Assembly: GCA_037305845.1 (NCBI GenBank)
Contig: CP147778.1
Location: 480,001-544,000 of the forward strand
Direction: 5' to 3'
DNA from: Candidatus Freyarchaeum deiterrae
GTDB taxonomy: Archaea > Asgardarchaeota > Jordiarchaeia > Jordiarchaeales > Jordiarchaeaceae
DNA: 64,000 bases
In this document: positions 60,320 through 64,000 of the stretch, in pieces
Numbering within the stretch: the first letter of the stretch is position 1
Layout: the number at the start of each line of letters is the position of its first letter
The notes under the pieces: model-generated
Seen by the model: the letters and a program-made list of their open reading frames with translations, nothing else
Told to the model about the DNA's origin: nothing
Databases searched by the model: none
Translations under genes and position numbers: made by a program

Positions 60320-61936
60320 GTGGTGGTGTTTTCCTTGCCGGATGGGGTTCCAATTGTTTTAACCGCGGATAGAACGTTGATGAGCAATTATATTGGCGGT
60401 ATGTTTCTGGGCTTCAGCTCATGTGTTCCCGCAGGCTTTATATCTCCCTACTTATACTTCAAAATTTTCTGTCCTCCAGTTCAAACCAGCAGAGAAGGAG
60501 CCGCGGTGTTGGCACCCTATGGAACGAGAAAGATTGAAGCCGCACTACTCAACTGTGGATTTGACGAGAAAGATGTAATGGTTGTTAGCCCCGAACAGCT
60601 TTCGAGGGCCGTTGGCCCCGACACAAAAGTTCTGGGTATAACCGAAACTGACCCTCTGGGAATCGGGCCCGCAACCACAACCTTCAGAGGCTTGTTCGGC
60701 GGTTATCCCCAAATGGCTTGGATGTTTCTCCAGATTCTACTAAAAACCCGTTTAAACAAATTCAAACCAAAAATAATTGTGGGAGGCCCGGGAGCTTGGC
60801 AGCTCGAAGAAGAGTACAATAGAAGAGTATTAGGTATAGACAGCGTAGTGATTGGTGAGGGCGAAATTGTTGTGCCTCCTCTCTTCGAAAAAGCAGTAAA
60901 GGGAGAAAGCATCCCAGGAGTTGTGTATAGCGATCCGGTACCCGAGGAGGAGATACCTCTTATAAGGAGACCTAGTGTTTGTGGGCTGGTGGAGATTGCC
61001 AGGGGATGTGGAAGAGGATGCAAATTCTGCACACCTACTCTCAAAAGTTTCCGGTGTCAACCAGTTGACTATATTCTCAAGGAGGTAGAGGTGAACGTCA
61101 AGGCGGGAAACTTCTCCATACTTCTCCACGCGGAAGATGTGTTAAGATATAAAGCAAACGGTTTACGCATAAATAGCGAAGCGGTTTCAAGTCTCTTCAA
61201 GACTGTTAAGAAATATCCGGGGGTGGGATCAGTGGAAATAAGTCACTTCGCTCTAAGCTCTGCGGCCGCTGCTCCACACCTCGTTGAGAGCATCTCCGAC
61301 ATCCTTGAGCTTGATTCTAAAAACTGGTTGAGTGGGCAGACCGGTATAGAGACCGGTAGCCCGAGAATGATCAAAAACCACATGCTGGGAAAGTGCAAAC
61401 CGTTCAAACCGGAGGAATGGTCGGAGACCGTTGTTCAGGCTTTCGAGATGTTAAGTGAAAATTATTGGGTTCCAGTCTCTACTCTAATTTTGGGACTGCC
61501 TGAAGAAACGGAGGAAGATATTTTTGACACTTTACATCTCATTAGAGAGTTGAGGAGTTTTAAGAGCATGATTGTGCCCCTGTTCTTCGTAGCCATGGGA
61601 ACTCTGGAAAAGGAAAAATCTTTCACACTAAACGATATGAAAGCTGCACACACCGAACTCCTTCTTGAATGCTGGGAGCACAACCTCAACTGGTTGCCAG
61701 AGCTCGTTAATGAGTATCGGGGAATAAACAGTCTAGTCAGAAGAAAGGTTATATCTCTTATAACTGGGTTTGCTTCTATTTTTGCGAGGCAAATATTTCA
61801 GATATGCCGAGAAGATTATGAAAACGATATCCAAAGTTTTATCAATGACTACAATGCGGGCAAAGTCCGCAGAGGTTTTCTAAGATTAACCAAATTAGTT
61901 GACCACTTCCAAAAACTCCGTACAGAAAGCAAATAA
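60320..61936 (+). CDS. B12-binding radical SAM protein, GDGT ring synthase (Grs)/GMGT synthase-like
   Basis: IVLTADRTLMS, FLGF..C.P, APYGTRKIEAAL, GGPGAWQ, EIARGCGRGCKFC, GIETGS. Confidence 0.7.
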   Translation: MVVFSLPDGVPIVLTADRTLMSNYIGGMFLGFSSCVPAGFISPYLYFKIFCPPVQTSREGAAVLAPYGTRKIEAALLNCGFDEKDVMVVSPEQLSRAVGPDTKVLGITETDPLGIGPATTTFRGLFGGYPQMAWMFLQILLKTRLNKFKPKIIVGGPGAWQLEEEYNRRVLGIDSVVIGEGEIVVPPLFEKAVKGESIPGVVYSDPVPEEEIPLIRRPSVCGLVEIARGCGRGCKFCTPTLKSFRCQPVDYILKEVEVNVKAGNFSILLHAEDVLRYKANGLRINSEAVSSLFKTVKKYPGVGSVEISHFALSSAAAAPHLVESISDILELDSKNWLSGQTGIETGSPRMIKNHMLGKCKPFKPEEWSETVVQAFEMLSENYWVPVSTLILGLPEETEEDIFDTLHLIRELRSFKSMIVPLFFVAMGTLEKEKSFTLNDMKAAHTELLLECWEHNLNWLPELVNEYRGINSLVRRKVISLITGFASIFARQIFQICREDYENDIQSFINDYNAGKVRRGFLRLTKLVDHFQKLRTESK

Positions 61937-62225
61937 GTACCACAGTCTTAAAGCCTTACCTCGCCCTTAAATAACTTAAAATATTCGAGCCTAAAAGGGA
62001 AAAGCCAGTTTAGTTCCAAAAATTTTGATAATTAATGTAATGTCCAGAATCAATCTGCTCTAATCAGGAAAAGGAAAGAGGCTATTATCCAGTATAGGAA
62101 AAAATAACTATCTGCAACCTAATTGTGGGAGAGGTAGGTTCCACTGCATGTACATTTTTCTTTTCTAACCACTTCCAGAAATCTACACGATTGAAAAAGG
62201 GGATCTCTTCGCTATTTCTGAAAGA

Positions 62226-62470
62226 TTTATATAGGTGCAGTTTCAAAAAACATGGAATAATAAAACAATCAGTGGATTTTCCTCAATAGTTAGAGAACTC
62301 TCCGGAATAAGCTAAGGGTGTTGGAATGAAATCTGAAGAGAGGCTATTAACGATAAGGCGCAGTCCACTTTGTTTACGCCAAACGGAAAAGCATGTTGTT
62401 AATCCTGAGAGCGATTGGGACACGTTAGGAGTCTTGAGAGTTCGCCTTAATGAATAAGATTAAGGAGGTT
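62226..62470 (+). promoter_or_regulatory. conserved promoter/leader element, diverged copy C
   Basis: TTTATATA 62226; GTGG..TCCTCAATAGTTAGAGAACTCTCCGGA 62272-62306; TTAGGAGTCTTGAGAGTTC 62425-62443; AAGGAGGT SD. Confidence 0.7.
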
Positions 62471-62475
62471 TTGTA

Positions 62476-62994
62476 ATGAATAATGCTGGAGAAGAAATAA
62501 TAAATCTGACTAAAAATATAAGAGGCCAGTATGCGGGCCTTTTAGAATTGAGACCAGACCTACCGCGGGAGTTAATCAAGGCTCTAGAGGAGAGCGACGT
62601 TAAGAAGAGCAGTATCGAGTCCCCTCAAGTATCGGATGCATTTACGGAGCTTCTGTGGGGAGTGATAGGCGCATTGGTTGAAAGAAAACCAGAACTGAAA
62701 AAAATAGTGACGGACGCAGGGAATATCAAAATCACCTACGAAGCTACAGACAGCCCTATGAAGGGACATTATGAGTTAAGCGCCGGAAAGATCACAGGCG
62801 GAGCGGGGGCGACAAAGCCCTACGACCTCAGGGTAACAGGCCCCACAGATGTTCTAACAAAACTAACCACAGGAGCCATCGATTCAACACAAGCGTTTAT
62901 GACCGGCCAGTACAAGCTAGAGGGAAACTTGGCTATTGGGATGAAACTGACACCAGTAAGCAAGAAAATAGCCGAAGTTCTTAGAGGCAAATAG
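62476..62994 (+). CDS. SCP2 sterol/lipid-binding domain protein
   Basis: DLRVTG, L.KLTTGAIDSTQAFMTGQYKLEGNL...MKL. Confidence 0.85.
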   Translation: MNNAGEEIINLTKNIRGQYAGLLELRPDLPRELIKALEESDVKKSSIESPQVSDAFTELLWGVIGALVERKPELKKIVTDAGNIKITYEATDSPMKGHYELSAGKITGGAGATKPYDLRVTGPTDVLTKLTTGAIDSTQAFMTGQYKLEGNLAIGMKLTPVSKKIAEVLRGK

Positions 62995-63236
62995 AGTTTA
63001 AAATATTCTTGATAAATTTCTCTTTTTTTTGTCCATTTTTCCATTACATACTCCACACCGTTTGCAAGTCTTAAAACTCAATTAAAGCCTTGAGAAATGG
63101 AAAAAGGTTAGTGTCCCGAATAGAAAGCAAAAACCTCTCAAATCTAATTTTTGGGATAATTTCGAACTTATTTTTCATTTTAGGAATAAAATAAGGAACC
63201 CTGACATTTATAAGGTTCTTCATCATAAACACAAAA

Positions 63237-63505
63237 TTTATATACATATGCCGTAAAAATACGGTATTAAAAAAATATGTGTGGGCTTTATCTCCTCAAT
63301 TAGTTGGAGAACCCCGGAGAAGAAAGAGAGGCGCAACAGAAAATAACAGCAAAGAGAACACAACAAATTACAAAACGCAGCAGACATGAATGCTTCAGCA
63401 TAACCAACAAAGTAAGTATCCATCAAGCCAGGAATTAGAAAAGTAGGAGACGGAGAGTTTCCCTCAAAATAGAGGAGGTGCAGCCTTTTAGGATAGAGGA
63501 GGTAG
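63237..63505 (+). promoter_or_regulatory. conserved promoter/operator/leader element, copy B
   Basis: TTTATATA 63237; palindrome ATGCCGTAAAAATACGGTAT 63248-63267; block 1 to 63331; block 2 63430-63479. Confidence 0.85.
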
Positions 63506-63509
63506 TTTG

Positions 63510-64000
63510 ATGTCAAATGTAGAAGAATTGAAGAGCATGACAGAACAAATGTTGAAGATGTCGGATGACGATTTGATGAAAAATTTGCCGACTTTGGGCC
63601 CCAAGATAATAGGTCATGTTGCAGAGATAATGGAAGAGATGCCAGATGTAACTACGAGAATAGTTCAAAGGATGGATAAGGCCGATGTTAAGAAAATGGC
63701 TAGCCAAGCACCTGCAGCGGTTGATGCATTCACAAAGATTCTGTGGGAAGGAGTCGGCTTAGTGGCTGAAAAAAATGCAGAATTCAACAAGGCGTTAAAG
63801 AATGTGGGAAATATAAAACTCAACTATGAAGCCGACGACAGCCCTATGGCGGGACACGAGGAAATAAATAATGCTAAGGTCACGGGTGGACCTGGTAAGC
63901 TAAATAACGTCGACATTACCGTGCAAGGCCACACAGCCATTCTAATAAAGTTGGTCACAGGCGGATTGGACCCCATGAAAGGTTTGATGATGCGCCAGTT
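63510..64000 (+). CDS. SCP2 domain protein, paralogue of 62476..62994 (3' truncated by window; not in ORF track)
   Basis: GAGGAGGT SD; MSNVEELKSM...DAFTKILWEGV...GNIKLNYEADDSPMAGH...KLVTGGLDPMKG. Confidence 0.85.
   Translation, partial: MSNVEELKSMTEQMLKMSDDDLMKNLPTLGPKIIGHVAEIMEEMPDVTTRIVQRMDKADVKKMASQAPAAVDAFTKILWEGVGLVAEKNAEFNKALKNVGNIKLNYEADDSPMAGHEEINNAKVTGGPGKLNNVDITVQGHTAILIKLVTGGLDPMKGLMMRQ

Noticed and set aside
63277-63390. Leader peptides MCGLYLLN or MWALSPQLVGEPRRR in the repeated leader
   Set aside because: present in copies A and B only because of DNA identity; copy C lacks the ATG and has a stop in the other frame
189-63707. Numerous 60-170 aa ORFs overlapping the called genes
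   Set aside because: antisense or off-frame shadows without motifs or SD
1-64000. CRISPR arrays, tRNA/rRNA genes, transposases, integrases
   Set aside because: no repeat-spacer pattern, cloverleaf or recombinase motifs seen by eye

Overview
Archaeal genomic window. Evidence: Topo VI A/B, NreA, AfpA, archaeal HflX, TATA-like promoters and GGAGG/GAGGTG SD motifs with many TTG/GTG starts. The expanded lipid/fatty-acid enzyme paralogues are compatible with an Asgard lineage, but that is inference only. Most of the window is metabolic: PEPCK, two acyl-CoA ligases, three VAO/GlcD-type flavoproteins, three CCG Fe-S proteins, two Adc-like proteins, hydrolases, SCP2 proteins and a Grs-like radical SAM, plus several gene remnants. 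I saw no CRISPR array, tRNA, rRNA or transposase. The most notable items are non-coding. (1) A ~240-nt promoter/operator/leader element occurs three times (58.8-59.1 kb minus; 62.2-62.5 kb and 63.2-63.5 kb plus), each time ahead of a lipid-handling gene. It has two conserved blocks able to pair with each other and with the SD, making it a candidate archaeal cis-regulatory RNA. (2) A stand-alone box C/D RNA at 3.3 kb has a permuted box order and a guide matching the 23S peptidyl-transferase centre. (3) A GTPase gene can only be expressed in full via an ACG start or amber read-through. All protein calls come from motif recognition by eye; no searches were run.
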